From an uncultured delta proteobacterium (GTDB lineage Bacteria; Desulfobacterota; Desulfobacteria; Desulfobacterales; JAHEIW01): DNA of 64,000 nt. Positions 20,070 to 29,904 of this stretch are shown in pieces. How positions within the stretch are numbered: the stretch's first letter is position 1; each line of letters starts with the position of its first letter. Both the position numbers and the translations under genes were made by a program. The notes under the pieces are model-generated. The model searched no databases, was not told the origin of the DNA, and worked only from the letters and a program-made list of their open reading frames with translations. The stretch is from assembly GCA_963706575.1 (NCBI GenBank), contig CAVPNL010000015.1:256001-320000 (forward strand). Reading direction: 5' to 3'.

Positions 20070-20429
20070 ATGAAGAATCTAAATTACAGCGCAGCCAGAC
20101 TTTTTTTAATACTATTAATGGCATTTTCCATAATCGGTTGTGCGAGTGAACCGATAAAAGTCGATTTGCCGGCAAACCATCCCGCTAATCCACAAGCTCA
20201 AGAAGCTGAATTTACCCCACCGCCAAATCCTTTCAGGGAAGATGTTACGGCCATGAAAGGGAAATCAACGCCAGATTCTATGATGAAGCATAAACCGTAT
20301 GAAGAAAGCGGCAAGCAGCATATGGACCATAATATGGGAACAAAAAAAGGGAGTGAACTCGATTCGGACTCGACAAAAAAATCCGGTCAAGGGGAAGGCG
20401 ATAACCAGCATAAGGGGCATAGCCAATGA
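20070..20429 (+). CDS. His/Met-rich lipoprotein
   Basis: Lipobox IIGC, LPANHPANPQA and an M/H-rich tail; ATGA overlap with the TolC gene. Confidence 0.7.
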   Translation: MKNLNYSAARLFLILLMAFSIIGCASEPIKVDLPANHPANPQAQEAEFTPPPNPFREDVTAMKGKSTPDSMMKHKPYEESGKQHMDHNMGTKKGSELDSDSTKKSGQGEGDNQHKGHSQ

Positions 20430-21847
20430 AATATAAACGAAGACGTATAGGACTACTTTTTTGTTTCGTGTTTTTTGCAGCAGGATGTGCTCAGGTCCCC
20501 AAAGAAGCGGGCTTTAATGATGTGAAAGGTCTCGTGGGGCAGCGAGTTGATTACAATCTCCACTGGAATCAGGAAACTGAAGCCGACCTGGAAGTTGAAA
20601 AAGCCATCGAAGATCTGCTTAAGAATGAGCTAACACCGGAGACAACCGTTCAAATTGCTTTGCTTAACAACCCGAACTTGCAGGCAGTCTATGAAGATCT
20701 TGGAATTACCCAGGCGGATGTCGTCGAGGCGGGGCTGCTCGAAAATCCGGTGCTGTTCGGCCAGGCGCGCTTCCCGAACAGATCTGAAGAATCGACCAAT
20801 TATGAATTCGGAATTACGCAAAATTTTTTAAATATCCTGATGCTGCCGGCCCGCAAGAAGCTTTCCGCCATCCACTTTGAGCAGGTGAAACTGCGAGTTG
20901 CCGACGAAGTGATTCAATTGGTCGCCGATGTTAGGAAGTCCTATTTCTTTGTACTCGGTGCCAGACAGATCAGGGACTTGAGAAATGAAATCGCCCTTGC
21001 TGCCGGAAGCTCCTTTGAACTGGCACAGCGTTTACATTCTGCCGGCAATATTGGTGATCTTGATTTGGCCAAAGAAAATGCACATTTTGAGCAGTCCAGG
21101 CTGGATTTGGCAAACAGCGAAGCTGCGCTGCTCGACGCACGTGAGCAGCTGACGCGTTTGATGGGCTTCTGGGGACCTCAAACGAATTGGCGCCTTCCCG
21201 AGCAACTGCCGGATATTCCAACCGATGAAATCCCGCTGGAACACCTGGAGTCGCTTGCCATAGAAAACCGACTCGATCTGGCTGCTGAAAGAAAAGCGGT
21301 AGAAGCCCTGGCGCAGGCCCTGGGTATAACCATCGACTGGCGCTGGGTTGGGCAGATAGAAGTCGGGATCAGCAGAGAACGTGAAACGGACCGAACCTGG
21401 GTCACCGGGCCTTCACTGGCAATCGAGCTTCCGATATTTAACCAGCGCCAGGCGGACATCGCCCGGCTGGAGGCGCAGCTTCGCCGCAGCCAGAAAAGGT
21501 TGACGGCTCAGGCAATAGAGATTCGTTCAGAGGTGCGCTCTTTTAGAAATCGTCTGATCATGCAGCGCAATTTAATTGATCATTACCGTCGCACCGTATT
21601 GCCACTCAGAGAACAAATTGTCGATCTGACGCTTAAAAATTATAACTATATGCTTATCGGCGCTTTTGATTTGCTGATGGCCAAACAGCAGGAGTTTGAA
21701 GCCTATCAAAAGTATCTCGAAACCCTTAGAGATTACTGGATTGTCCGTGCTGACATGCAAAGATCTTTGGGCGGACGGCTACCAAGCCACATGCAGGGCA
21801 GACACAATATTCGAACGGGCCCGGCCGCCGAAAATAAAATAAACTAA
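20426..21847 (+). CDS. TolC-family outer membrane lipoprotein (copper-tolerance type)
   Basis: Lipobox AAGC, ALLNNPNLQA, AGLLENP and ELPIFNQ; precedes a copper oxidase. Confidence 0.85.
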   Translation: MKYKRRRIGLLFCFVFFAAGCAQVPKEAGFNDVKGLVGQRVDYNLHWNQETEADLEVEKAIEDLLKNELTPETTVQIALLNNPNLQAVYEDLGITQADVVEAGLLENPVLFGQARFPNRSEESTNYEFGITQNFLNILMLPARKKLSAIHFEQVKLRVADEVIQLVADVRKSYFFVLGARQIRDLRNEIALAAGSSFELAQRLHSAGNIGDLDLAKENAHFEQSRLDLANSEAALLDAREQLTRLMGFWGPQTNWRLPEQLPDIPTDEIPLEHLESLAIENRLDLAAERKAVEALAQALGITIDWRWVGQIEVGISRERETDRTWVTGPSLAIELPIFNQRQADIARLEAQLRRSQKRLTAQAIEIRSEVRSFRNRLIMQRNLIDHYRRTVLPLREQIVDLTLKNYNYMLIGAFDLLMAKQQEFEAYQKYLETLRDYWIVRADMQRSLGGRLPSHMQGRHNIRTGPAAENKIN

Positions 21848-21886
21848 ATGAAAAAGAAACCTTTTTCGATAAAGGAGCAAGTACAT

Positions 21887-23170
21887 ATGCTGACAAGACG
21901 TCAAATCCTCATTTCTGCTATGGCCTCACTTGCCGGAGGCACCTTGCTAAAAAAAGCCGATGCGACTTCCGCCAAAAATCAGGCGCACACGCATACAAAC
22001 CCATCTTCTAAACATCAAAGCAGAACCCATTACACGCCGGTGGTAACACCAAATGGCCTTACGCTGCCGTACAAAATGAAAAACGGTGTTAAAGAATTCC
22101 ATTTGATTGCGGAACCGGTTGAACGCGAGTTTGGGCCCGACATGAAAGTCAAATGTTGGGGGTATAATGGCCAGACGCCCGGCCCGGCGATCGAGGCAGT
22201 CGAGGGGGACCGGGTTCGCATATTCGTCACCAATAAGCTGCCTGAGCATACCAGTATTCACTGGCATGGCATTTTTTTGCCAAATGGGATGGATGGTGTC
22301 GGCGGCCTGACCCAACCCCATATCAAACCCGGTGAAACCTATGTTTATGAATTCACCTTGCGGCAGCACGGAACATTTATGTATCATCCGCACGCAGATG
22401 AAATGGTTCAATTGGCAGTGGGGATGATGGGATTTTTTATCATCCATCCCAAAGCGGTAGAGAGCCCGAAAATTGATCGAGATTTCGCTATCATGCTACA
22501 CGAGTGGGCCATCCATCCTGGCACCTATCGTCCGGATCCGGCTGTGATGCTGGATTTCAACATCTTTACGTTCAACAGCAAGGTGTTTCCCGCCATCGAT
22601 CATCTGGTGGTAAAAACCGGTGATCGGGTGCGCATCCGGATTGCCAATCTCAGCATGGACGAACACCCGATTCATATCCACGGGCATTCATATCGCGTCA
22701 CCGCAACGGACGGTGGCAAGATACCAAGGGCTGGACAGTGGCCGGAGACGACCGTACTGGTTCCGGTTGGCTCAACCCGTGATGTTGAATTCATCGCGGA
22801 TGCGCCGGGAGACTGGGCCTTTCACTGTCACAAATCCCATCACACCATGAACCCGATGGGGCATGCCATCCCCAACACACTCGGCGCTAATCAGAATGGG
22901 CTGGAAGAGAAAATTCGGAAAATGATTCCAGGCTATATGGCCATGGGCGAGACCGGAATGGCCGAGCATGCCGAACATGTGAAGCACATGCCCGGCCCCA
23001 AAAATACGTTGCCCATGATGATGGGCAAGGGCCCGTTTGGCAATATTGAAATGGGCGGGATGTTCACAGTGGTTAAAGTTCGGGACCACCTACGATCCTA
23101 TGATAAAGATCCGGGCTGGTATGAACACCCTGAAGGGACAGTGGCTTATCGCCTGGACAATGCTTTATAG
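21887..23170 (+). CDS. Tat-exported copper oxidase (CopA-like multicopper oxidase)
   Basis: AAGGAG SD, TRRQIL Tat motif, HWHG, MYHPH, HPIHIHG, HCHKSHH and a Met-rich C-terminus. Confidence 0.9.
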   Translation: MLTRRQILISAMASLAGGTLLKKADATSAKNQAHTHTNPSSKHQSRTHYTPVVTPNGLTLPYKMKNGVKEFHLIAEPVEREFGPDMKVKCWGYNGQTPGPAIEAVEGDRVRIFVTNKLPEHTSIHWHGIFLPNGMDGVGGLTQPHIKPGETYVYEFTLRQHGTFMYHPHADEMVQLAVGMMGFFIIHPKAVESPKIDRDFAIMLHEWAIHPGTYRPDPAVMLDFNIFTFNSKVFPAIDHLVVKTGDRVRIRIANLSMDEHPIHIHGHSYRVTATDGGKIPRAGQWPETTVLVPVGSTRDVEFIADAPGDWAFHCHKSHHTMNPMGHAIPNTLGANQNGLEEKIRKMIPGYMAMGETGMAEHAEHVKHMPGPKNTLPMMMGKGPFGNIEMGGMFTVVKVRDHLRSYDKDPGWYEHPEGTVAYRLDNAL

Positions 23171-23203
23171 GCCGCTGATTCAAATCGTTTGCCAAGAGGA
23201 AAA

Positions 23204-23932
23204 ATGGCTATACTCTGGTTTCGAAGTTTATTTTTGAAATTTCGAGCAAAATCTCCGAGCACTCGCATCCTTCCCTTTGCAGATCAGATCGAAGCCTGGC
23301 AAAAAGCCAGTCATAGAATGAAATGGCGAATTCCAAAAACTGAATTTAAAAAAACGGAAATGATGACACCGCCAAAATTAGGCTCAGATGACAGGATTCA
23401 TGGGTACATCGGAACAGCTATCTTTTTTGGTTTTGGTGATGACGGCCGGGGCAATGCAGATCCTGTTCTATCAGCAGAGCAGGCGTGGAATTATGCCCTC
23501 AAAAGCAGAAGAACCTGGCGGTGCGAATATATTGATTTTCAAAAGCCGCAAAATATTCGGCTGCGCCCTGGTGCGCCGGCTCGGCCAAAGGGTTTTTATG
23601 TTGCCAAAATTCTGCCTGGTGAAAGGCACATTCATATGACAGTCTCCCAGGTACGTAAAAAATTCACTACGGACACCGGATGGGGCCCGGAAGGATTTCA
23701 ATTTTTAGCCATCACCCACCCTCATTTCGCTGCTCTGATGAACGAGCGCAAAATTGCTTTTATGGCACTGGCCGATTATGATGTCGCCCCTTACGGTTAC
23801 AATGATTTCTACGATGCACCACAGCTATTTTGCAGCAACAATAAACTGGGGCTCGGTATTGGCAATGTAGATCGAAATTATCCTCTTTTCGGGATTCCCA
23901 CTTTGCAACTTTGCGGCCGATCGCAAGTTTAG
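23204..23932 (+). CDS. Hypothetical protein
   Basis: Long ORF co-oriented in the operon; GAGGA before ATG at 23204; no recognised motif. Confidence 0.65.
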   Translation: MAILWFRSLFLKFRAKSPSTRILPFADQIEAWQKASHRMKWRIPKTEFKKTEMMTPPKLGSDDRIHGYIGTAIFFGFGDDGRGNADPVLSAEQAWNYALKSRRTWRCEYIDFQKPQNIRLRPGAPARPKGFYVAKILPGERHIHMTVSQVRKKFTTDTGWGPEGFQFLAITHPHFAALMNERKIAFMALADYDVAPYGYNDFYDAPQLFCSNNKLGLGIGNVDRNYPLFGIPTLQLCGRSQV

Positions 23933-23971
23933 AATTATATTTTCTCAGCAGCTATTGAAGGGCATCTATTT

Positions 23972-24600
23972 ATGAAAAACGCAGGCGCCTCACCTGATTT
24001 TACCCGTAAGCGATATAATCGGATTGCTTTTCTCTATGATTTTATGGAAGCTCCCATGGAAGGCCTGCGTTTTGCCTCGTGGCGACAGAGGCTGACGGAT
24101 CGAATTGCAGGCCCGACAGCCCTGGAAGTCGGTGTGGGGACCGGTAAAAATTTAGCATATTACCCGGAAGATGTGCGCATAACCGCTATTGATCTCAGCC
24201 CGCGAATGCTTGCAAGGGCGCGCAAAAAAGCGAATAAATTGAATATTAGAGCGGATTTGCAGGAAATGGATGTCCAGTATCTAAAATTTCCGGATCATTC
24301 GTTTGATACGGTGTTTGCTACCTTCGTGTTTTGTTCGGTGCCGGACCCTGTAATGGGACTGCGCGAGCTTAGAAGGGTTTGCAAACCGGAAGGCAGACTG
24401 CTTCTTCTTGAACACATGCGGCCGTGCAATGCAGGTTTGGCTTTTTTCTTTGATGCCCTCAATCCCATGGTTGTTCGAATGATGGGTGCAAATATAAACC
24501 GCCGGACGATAGACAATATTAGAACGGCGGGTTGGCAAATTCGAGAAGGAAGAACACCTATCATTCAGATATCGTTCGGTGGATAGAAGCCGTACCCTGA
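23972..24600 (+). CDS. Class I SAM methyltransferase (PmtA-like); C-terminal frameshifts likely
   Basis: LEVGVGTG, IDLS, FVFCSVPDP and LLLLEH. Removing two extra bases near 24540-24565 gives IEKEEHLSSDIVRWIEAVP* at 24600; the track ORF ends at 24586. Confidence 0.85.
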
Positions 24601-24632
24601 AAATTAAAATTACAAGCCGCTGCATTTTTATA

Positions 24633-24661
24633 TTGACGCACGGTTTTACATTGAATATACT
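24633..24661 (+). promoter_or_regulatory. sigma70 promoter giving a near-leaderless mRNA
   Basis: TTGACG-N17-TATACT ends 9 nt before ATG 24671; no SD. Confidence 0.65.
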
Positions 24662-24670
24662 ACTAGTGGT

Positions 24671-25108
24671 ATGAAGATAGAATTAAATAAACTGAAACCG
24701 TTTGGCCGAAAGTCGATTTGCGTCATCCTTATCCTGTTGACTGGCATCGGCTTTGCTTTTGGCAGTGCTGTGGCAAACAGTTGCGAAGGCGGTGCGGATT
24801 GCGTGGTTTGCGCCAAACTAACGCACGGGCATGTTCCGGGTGCGGCGGCGGATATGCAAAATCCGGGTTGTCCATCGGATGGGCAAAACGCTACCTGCGG
24901 CTTTGAAGCCAGCCAGGACCCGGATGAACTTCGCGGCATTGTTTCCGCTGTCAGATCATACCACCAGGCGTATGCCGGCATTTTTGCGGCTGTATCTGAT
25001 GAATCTGGCCAAACCTTTCTACCGAAAAAATTTGCCGCACAATTTCTTTTGTCTGATTCAGGTGGAACAGCCCCTATCTATCTACTCAATCAAGCCCTGC
25101 TCTGTTAA
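24671..25108 (+). CDS. Exported Cys/His-containing small protein (metal-locus leader type)
   Basis: Signal peptide, CEGGADCVVC, HGH, two further Cys and C-terminal PIYLLNQALLC. Confidence 0.65.
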   Translation: MKIELNKLKPFGRKSICVILILLTGIGFAFGSAVANSCEGGADCVVCAKLTHGHVPGAAADMQNPGCPSDGQNATCGFEASQDPDELRGIVSAVRSYHQAYAGIFAAVSDESGQTFLPKKFAAQFLLSDSGGTAPIYLLNQALLC

Positions 25109-25325
25109 GTCTCCCCAACCCGGTTCTGTTTAAATTTTCCCCATTACAAATTCGATAACTGGATACTTTTTATCCAGCATGCGTGTCAGTAAGGATACTT
25201 AATATCCGGCTTTCAGTTATATTTGGGGAATATTTCTGTTTAAAAAGCTAAAATTCAAACTCACTTTTTTTAAATTTTATTTTAATTCAGCGTGTTAGTG
25301 TGTTGACTCAAATTAATGAGACATA

Positions 25326-25341
25326 TGGCACGGCCATTGCT
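25326..25341 (+). promoter_or_regulatory. sigma54 -24/-12 promoter
   Basis: TGGCACGGCCATTGCT, with an AT-rich IHF-like segment upstream. Confidence 0.8.
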
Positions 25342-25409
25342 ATTTATTCTAGAAAAGAAAAATTTAATTTTTGTTTGGATAAATTCTCAATAACCAAGGA
25401 GGCATAGAA

Positions 25410-25769
25410 ATGACAAAACGAACCAAACCAATTTTTACCGCGTCACTGATTTTGGCCATTGCGCTGCTGATTAATTTTGTGGGTCTGGACATCGCAAATG
25501 CTTGCGGATGGGGCCAGGGTGGGGGCCAGAGCTATGTGCCCCAGAGACGGGATCAAAATGGATATTTATCACAAAAACAGACACTTACGCAAGAGCAAGC
25601 CAAGGATATTGTCGCGAATTATGTCAAAAGACTGAATCCCAATCTTACGGTTGGAAATGTTAAAGATAATGGAAGCTTCTACGAAGCTGAAATAATTGCT
25701 GAGGATAATGAGGTCATCCAGCTTGTGGGTATCGATAAACAATCCGGACGCCTTATCATTCTGAATTAA
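25410..25769 (+). CDS. Exported PepSY-like domain protein
   Basis: AAGGAGG SD, signal peptide, and LTQEQAKDIV...YEAEI...IDKQSGRLI. Confidence 0.7.
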   Translation: MTKRTKPIFTASLILAIALLINFVGLDIANACGWGQGGGQSYVPQRRDQNGYLSQKQTLTQEQAKDIVANYVKRLNPNLTVGNVKDNGSFYEAEIIAEDNEVIQLVGIDKQSGRLIILN

Positions 25770-25949
25770 AATTCGACAGATCCTTGATCAACCCTGTTTC
25801 GAGAATACCAATGAGCAAAAAGAGCTTATTTTCAGAAAATTAGCTCATGCGGTTTTTTCTGTATTGACGTTTATCAGGGTTTCAAGGAATGCTGCCGACA
25901 GAAAGCGAATTCGCTGAAATTGCAAATAAATTCATTTCAGGAGCCATTT

Positions 25950-26423
25950 ATGCACAGGCGCAATAGAATACTGGACCTTTGTTTTCTTGTTTTGATAATT
26001 GTAATTTTAGCCGGGGTGCCTTTCGGCATCGCCTATTACGATCGGCAGGTTTCATCCCAAAAAATCCCCTCGCAAGCCCGGGTATTTGCGCTTACCGGGC
26101 ACGCCGAAAGAGGCTGGCTGACGGGTCAGGTTTCGGCTTATGATGCCGTCACTTTCTGGCAAAAGCAGGGTCTGCCGATAGAAAGACCGGAAATTGAGGT
26201 TAAAAAAGGCGATATGGTGGTTTTTAAACTGGCGAGCAGTGACGTCGTTCACGGCTTCAGTTTAAAAGACTTCGGCATTTATCTGACGGACGGCATCCAG
26301 CCGGGGAAGGTTATTTACGTTTCGTTCAAGGCCGACAGGTCGGGAACCTTTACTTTTTCCTGCAATGCAATCTGCGGTGATATGCATCAGAACATGCAGG
26401 GGACACTGGTCGTCAGGGCTTGA
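25950..26423 (+). CDS. Membrane-anchored CuA cupredoxin (cytochrome oxidase subunit II/NosZ C-terminal-like domain)
   Basis: One TM; SDVVHGF...CNAICGDMHQNM is a complete CuA ligand set. AGGAG SD before ATG 25950. Confidence 0.85.
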   Translation: MHRRNRILDLCFLVLIIVILAGVPFGIAYYDRQVSSQKIPSQARVFALTGHAERGWLTGQVSAYDAVTFWQKQGLPIERPEIEVKKGDMVVFKLASSDVVHGFSLKDFGIYLTDGIQPGKVIYVSFKADRSGTFTFSCNAICGDMHQNMQGTLVVRA

Positions 26424-26544
26424 GCGGTTGTTTTCAAATATGATTCGATTAAGATCGACATTGCCGCAATAAACGGGGTTAATCGATTTTGGAATTTTTA
26501 ATGATATCTTAACCCCGTTTCGTATATGAATTTAAGGAAAAGGT

Positions 26545-28242
26545 ATGCAAAAGATTACCAAAAATGTTGTGCTGTTGGGTCTAATTTTGTTGGTGGTCAT
26601 GCTGGCAGCGGGATATTACGCGATGACCGGAGCCGCGAACGCGGCGGGTGAGAATCTACCTTCCGTCACGATTCGGGGCCGTGTGACTTCAGTTTATGGC
26701 CCGGTAGAAAATGCCAGAGTCAGAATAATCGGTGAAGAACGCTTCACGCTTACCGACCGCCAGGGGCGCTATGAGCTTCAAACCACGCATTCACCGGGCG
26801 AACGCGTCATCGTAGTCGCCGGCAAGGAAGGCTGGTTTAACTATGGGCAAATTGCCAATTTTTCGGGCCGCACGCGGGATATCTTTTTAAACCCGGTTTA
26901 TCTCGCTGATCGCGCCGATTATCGGTTTATCTCTCCGGTGACCTGCGCCGGATGTCATGTAAAACTGACCCGTTACTACGACCAATCCAAAATGGCCCAC
27001 ACCACCTCCAATCCCAAGCTGCTGAACATGTATTACGGAACCGATGCCTTTAATCGACCGGGTGTCGGGCCGGGATACAGGCTGGACAATCCCAAAAGCG
27101 AAGGCAATTGTACGACCTGTCACGCACCATCGGCTGCCGGCGCTATCCCGGCGTCTCAGGATTTAACAAACGTACTGCGCTCTCCCTGGGTAGAATGGGA
27201 CGGCATTAGCTGTGACTATTGTCACAAGGTCAGAAAAGTCATCAAGGACAAGTCCAAACCCAGCCAGACGACCGCCGTTCATGAAAGGCAAACGCCGGTT
27301 CAGGGCAACTCCATTCTTGTCTTTGGACCTTACGATGATGTGATTGCACCGCCAATGTCGGCATCGTATAACCCGGTCTTCGATCAGGGGCAGTTTTGTT
27401 CCCTGTGCCACAGCCAGTCTGAGAAGCTGGAAAGCGGCAATACCTGGGACAGCAGTAAGATTTATTCAGCTGCCGAATGGAAAGCATTTGGCCTGAAAGA
27501 CAAAACGCTCATTCCCATCCAGACGACTTATCAGGAATGGAGGCAGTGGCAGGATCAACTTCCGGCCGGCGACGCCAATAAAGGCAAGAAATGCCAGGAC
27601 TGCCACATGAGCTGGCGCAAAGAGATGCTGCCTTACGATAATTATGTCGTCGACGGCAATGCGCGCAACATGTGGGGCAACTTCAGGTCACCTAAAAACA
27701 TTCGGCCGCATCATTTTGACGGGGGTACTGAAACCCAGCTGAAAACCGCGCTGGCTCTGGAGCTGGAAGGAGTGGTTTCCGACAACAAACTGACGATTAC
27801 AACTTTCATCACCAATACCAACGGCGGTCACTGGGTGCCTACCGGAGAGACCATGCGCAGTGTGATGCTGCTGCTCAAGGCCACCGACTCCAGCGGAAAA
27901 CCCCTTAAAATGATAAAAGGCAGCACACTTCCGGATTGGACCGGAAAGGGGAATGTTAAGACTGGCAATTATGCCGGGCTGTCCGGGGCAGTCTTTGCAC
28001 GGGTACTGGGTGATGACGAAGGCAATCTGAATGTACCCTTCTGGAAAGCCACCCGGATTGTCTCAGATACGCGCATCCGACCGAAAAAGACCGTAACGTT
28101 TAAATTCGAATTTCTTGTCGAAGACCCGGATGACGAACCCACGGCCGAAGCCAGTCTCATCTACCGTCCGGCTTTCAAATCGCTGGCAAAGATGAAAAGC
28201 TGGGATGTCGAGGACATCTTAATTACCAGCAGTGTCTGGTAG
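26545..28242 (+). CDS. Pentaheme c-type cytochrome with N-terminal carboxypeptidase-regulatory-like beta-sandwich
   Basis: Five CxxCH motifs (CAGCH, CTTCH, CDYCH, CSLCH, CQDCH), HHFDG, GHWVPTG and a signal peptide. Confidence 0.85.
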   Translation: MQKITKNVVLLGLILLVVMLAAGYYAMTGAANAAGENLPSVTIRGRVTSVYGPVENARVRIIGEERFTLTDRQGRYELQTTHSPGERVIVVAGKEGWFNYGQIANFSGRTRDIFLNPVYLADRADYRFISPVTCAGCHVKLTRYYDQSKMAHTTSNPKLLNMYYGTDAFNRPGVGPGYRLDNPKSEGNCTTCHAPSAAGAIPASQDLTNVLRSPWVEWDGISCDYCHKVRKVIKDKSKPSQTTAVHERQTPVQGNSILVFGPYDDVIAPPMSASYNPVFDQGQFCSLCHSQSEKLESGNTWDSSKIYSAAEWKAFGLKDKTLIPIQTTYQEWRQWQDQLPAGDANKGKKCQDCHMSWRKEMLPYDNYVVDGNARNMWGNFRSPKNIRPHHFDGGTETQLKTALALELEGVVSDNKLTITTFITNTNGGHWVPTGETMRSVMLLLKATDSSGKPLKMIKGSTLPDWTGKGNVKTGNYAGLSGAVFARVLGDDEGNLNVPFWKATRIVSDTRIRPKKTVTFKFEFLVEDPDDEPTAEASLIYRPAFKSLAKMKSWDVEDILITSSVW

Positions 28243-28260
28243 TTTCAGGAGGAATAAAAT

Positions 28261-28926
28261 TTGAGGAAATTTTATACGATTATATTTTCAATTGTTATTT
28301 TGACTTTTTTGTACTCCCCGGGGCTGGCGTTTGCCGGAAATATCAAAGGGACGGTAAAGGTAAAAGGACTGCGTACGCCTGAAAATATCCTGGTATATCT
28401 GACCAAGGCCCCCCCGAGTGCTGCAGATCTTTCAAAAGTAAAATTCGTTATGGATCAGCGCAACCTGGAATTCGTGCCGCATGTATTGCCGATTCTGGTC
28501 GGTGCCACGGTTGATTTTCCGAATAATGACAAGGTGGATCATAATGTTTTTTCGATGTCGCGCACCAAAAAATTTAACCTGGGAAGTTACCCGGCCGGAG
28601 AGAGCAAATCCATTGTATTCGATAAACCCGGCATTGTGGAGCTGCGCTGTGACGTGCATGCCGAAATGGCCGCCTTTATTCTCGTGATGAAAAACCCTTA
28701 TTTTGCCGTAACCGATAAACAGGGTCATTTTGAAATCCCGAACTCAAACACCCTCGAACAAACCGGTTTGTCCGAGGTAAAGGATTTTGCTGCGGGAAAA
28801 TATTTCGTCAAATCCTGGCATGAGAAATTAAAGACCCAAAAACAGGCGGTCATCGTACCTGAAAATGGCGATGTTACGATTCAACTGGATCTTACCCGGG
28901 GGACGCCCGGTGTCCTATATAAATGA
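28261..28926 (+). CDS. Exported type-1 copper cupredoxin (MauL-like) flanked by beta-sandwich segments
   Basis: GNIKGTV, DQRNLEFVPHV and FPNNDKVDHNVFS...CDVHAEM (H, C, H, M ligands), plus WHE. TTG start after AGGAGG. Confidence 0.8.
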   Translation: MRKFYTIIFSIVILTFLYSPGLAFAGNIKGTVKVKGLRTPENILVYLTKAPPSAADLSKVKFVMDQRNLEFVPHVLPILVGATVDFPNNDKVDHNVFSMSRTKKFNLGSYPAGESKSIVFDKPGIVELRCDVHAEMAAFILVMKNPYFAVTDKQGHFEIPNSNTLEQTGLSEVKDFAAGKYFVKSWHEKLKTQKQAVIVPENGDVTIQLDLTRGTPGVLYK

Positions 28927-28945
28927 CGGGTCGGGGTGTTTTCCC

Positions 28946-29018
28946 GTCATTCCCGCGAAGGCGGGAATCCAGCCTTGTCAGCAAAACATTTCTGGATTCC
29001 CGCCTTCGCGGGAATGAC
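28946..29018. repeat. dRS3-like REP pair (GTCATTCCCGCGAAGGCGGGAATCCAG)
   Basis: Two ATTCCC-N8-GGGAAT units in perfect inverted arrangement. Confidence 0.9.
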
Positions 29019-29135
29019 AAGCTTGGAATGAAAAAACTTTTCAACCCCTGAAATATATAACCATTGGGCACAGTTGAAAGTTCAGTGGTTGCCGATCGAT
29101 GCATGAATTGCAGCCTGAACAAAAGGATATGAAGT

Positions 29136-29873
29136 TTGCCTGATGTTTCAATCTATATGGCGTTTGCCGCCGGTTTGATCTCATTTTTATCTCCATGTGT
29201 CTTGCCCCTGGTGCCGGGATATATTTCCTATATATCCGGCGTCTCCTTTGCAGAGATCGGGGAAAAAGAAGGAAGCACGCCGTTTCTGAGCAAAGAAAAA
29301 CGAATCATTATTTACAGCTCGATCTTCTTTATCATCGGATTTTCCGCGGTTTTTATTTTGCTGGGCGCAACTGCCACCTGGATCGGGGCGTTTATTTCGT
29401 CAAAAACATCCATCCTGACAAAACTGGCGGGACTGCTAATTATTTTTTTCGGTATTTACATGATGGGTCTTATCCGGCCCCGCTTTTTATATAGAGAAGC
29501 CAGATTCCAAATTAAAGATAAACGTTTAGGGTATGTCGGGGCGTTGCTCATCGGGGCCGCCTTTGCTTTTGGCTGGACCCCCTGTATCGGTCCCATTTTG
29601 GCGGGTATTTTAACCTATGCCGGCACCCTGGAGAAGGTAAACCAGGGGGTTTTTCTTCTCTTAATATATTCCCTGGGGCTGGGGATTCCGTTTTTAGTGA
29701 CGGCTATCGGCATAAACCAGTTTTGGAGATTTTTTAATCGGATCAAGAAATACATGCGGCTTCTGGAAGTCACCAGCGGTGCTATCATGGTCATTTTAGG
29801 TTTCATGATTTTTACCAATAAGCTTGTATTAATTCCAGCTTATCTGCCGTTTTTAAATAAGTTTGCATGGTAG
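29136..29873 (+). CDS. ccdA: Cytochrome c biogenesis protein CcdA
   Basis: SFLSPCVLPLVP and GWTPCIGPIL; multi-TM. Confidence 0.93.
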   Translation: MPDVSIYMAFAAGLISFLSPCVLPLVPGYISYISGVSFAEIGEKEGSTPFLSKEKRIIIYSSIFFIIGFSAVFILLGATATWIGAFISSKTSILTKLAGLLIIFFGIYMMGLIRPRFLYREARFQIKDKRLGYVGALLIGAAFAFGWTPCIGPILAGILTYAGTLEKVNQGVFLLLIYSLGLGIPFLVTAIGINQFWRFFNRIKKYMRLLEVTSGAIMVILGFMIFTNKLVLIPAYLPFLNKFAW

Positions 29874-29904
29874 CCTGCAATAAATTCACCCTTAACACAA
29901 AGAA

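Noticed and set aside
25950..26423. Cytochrome c oxidase operon (coxB)
   Set aside because: Only a CuA domain with one TM is present; there is no subunit I or III and no heme a/o synthesis gene nearby.
26545..28242. NrfA nitrite reductase
   Set aside because: It has five hemes but no CxxCK motif or recognisable NrfA signature.
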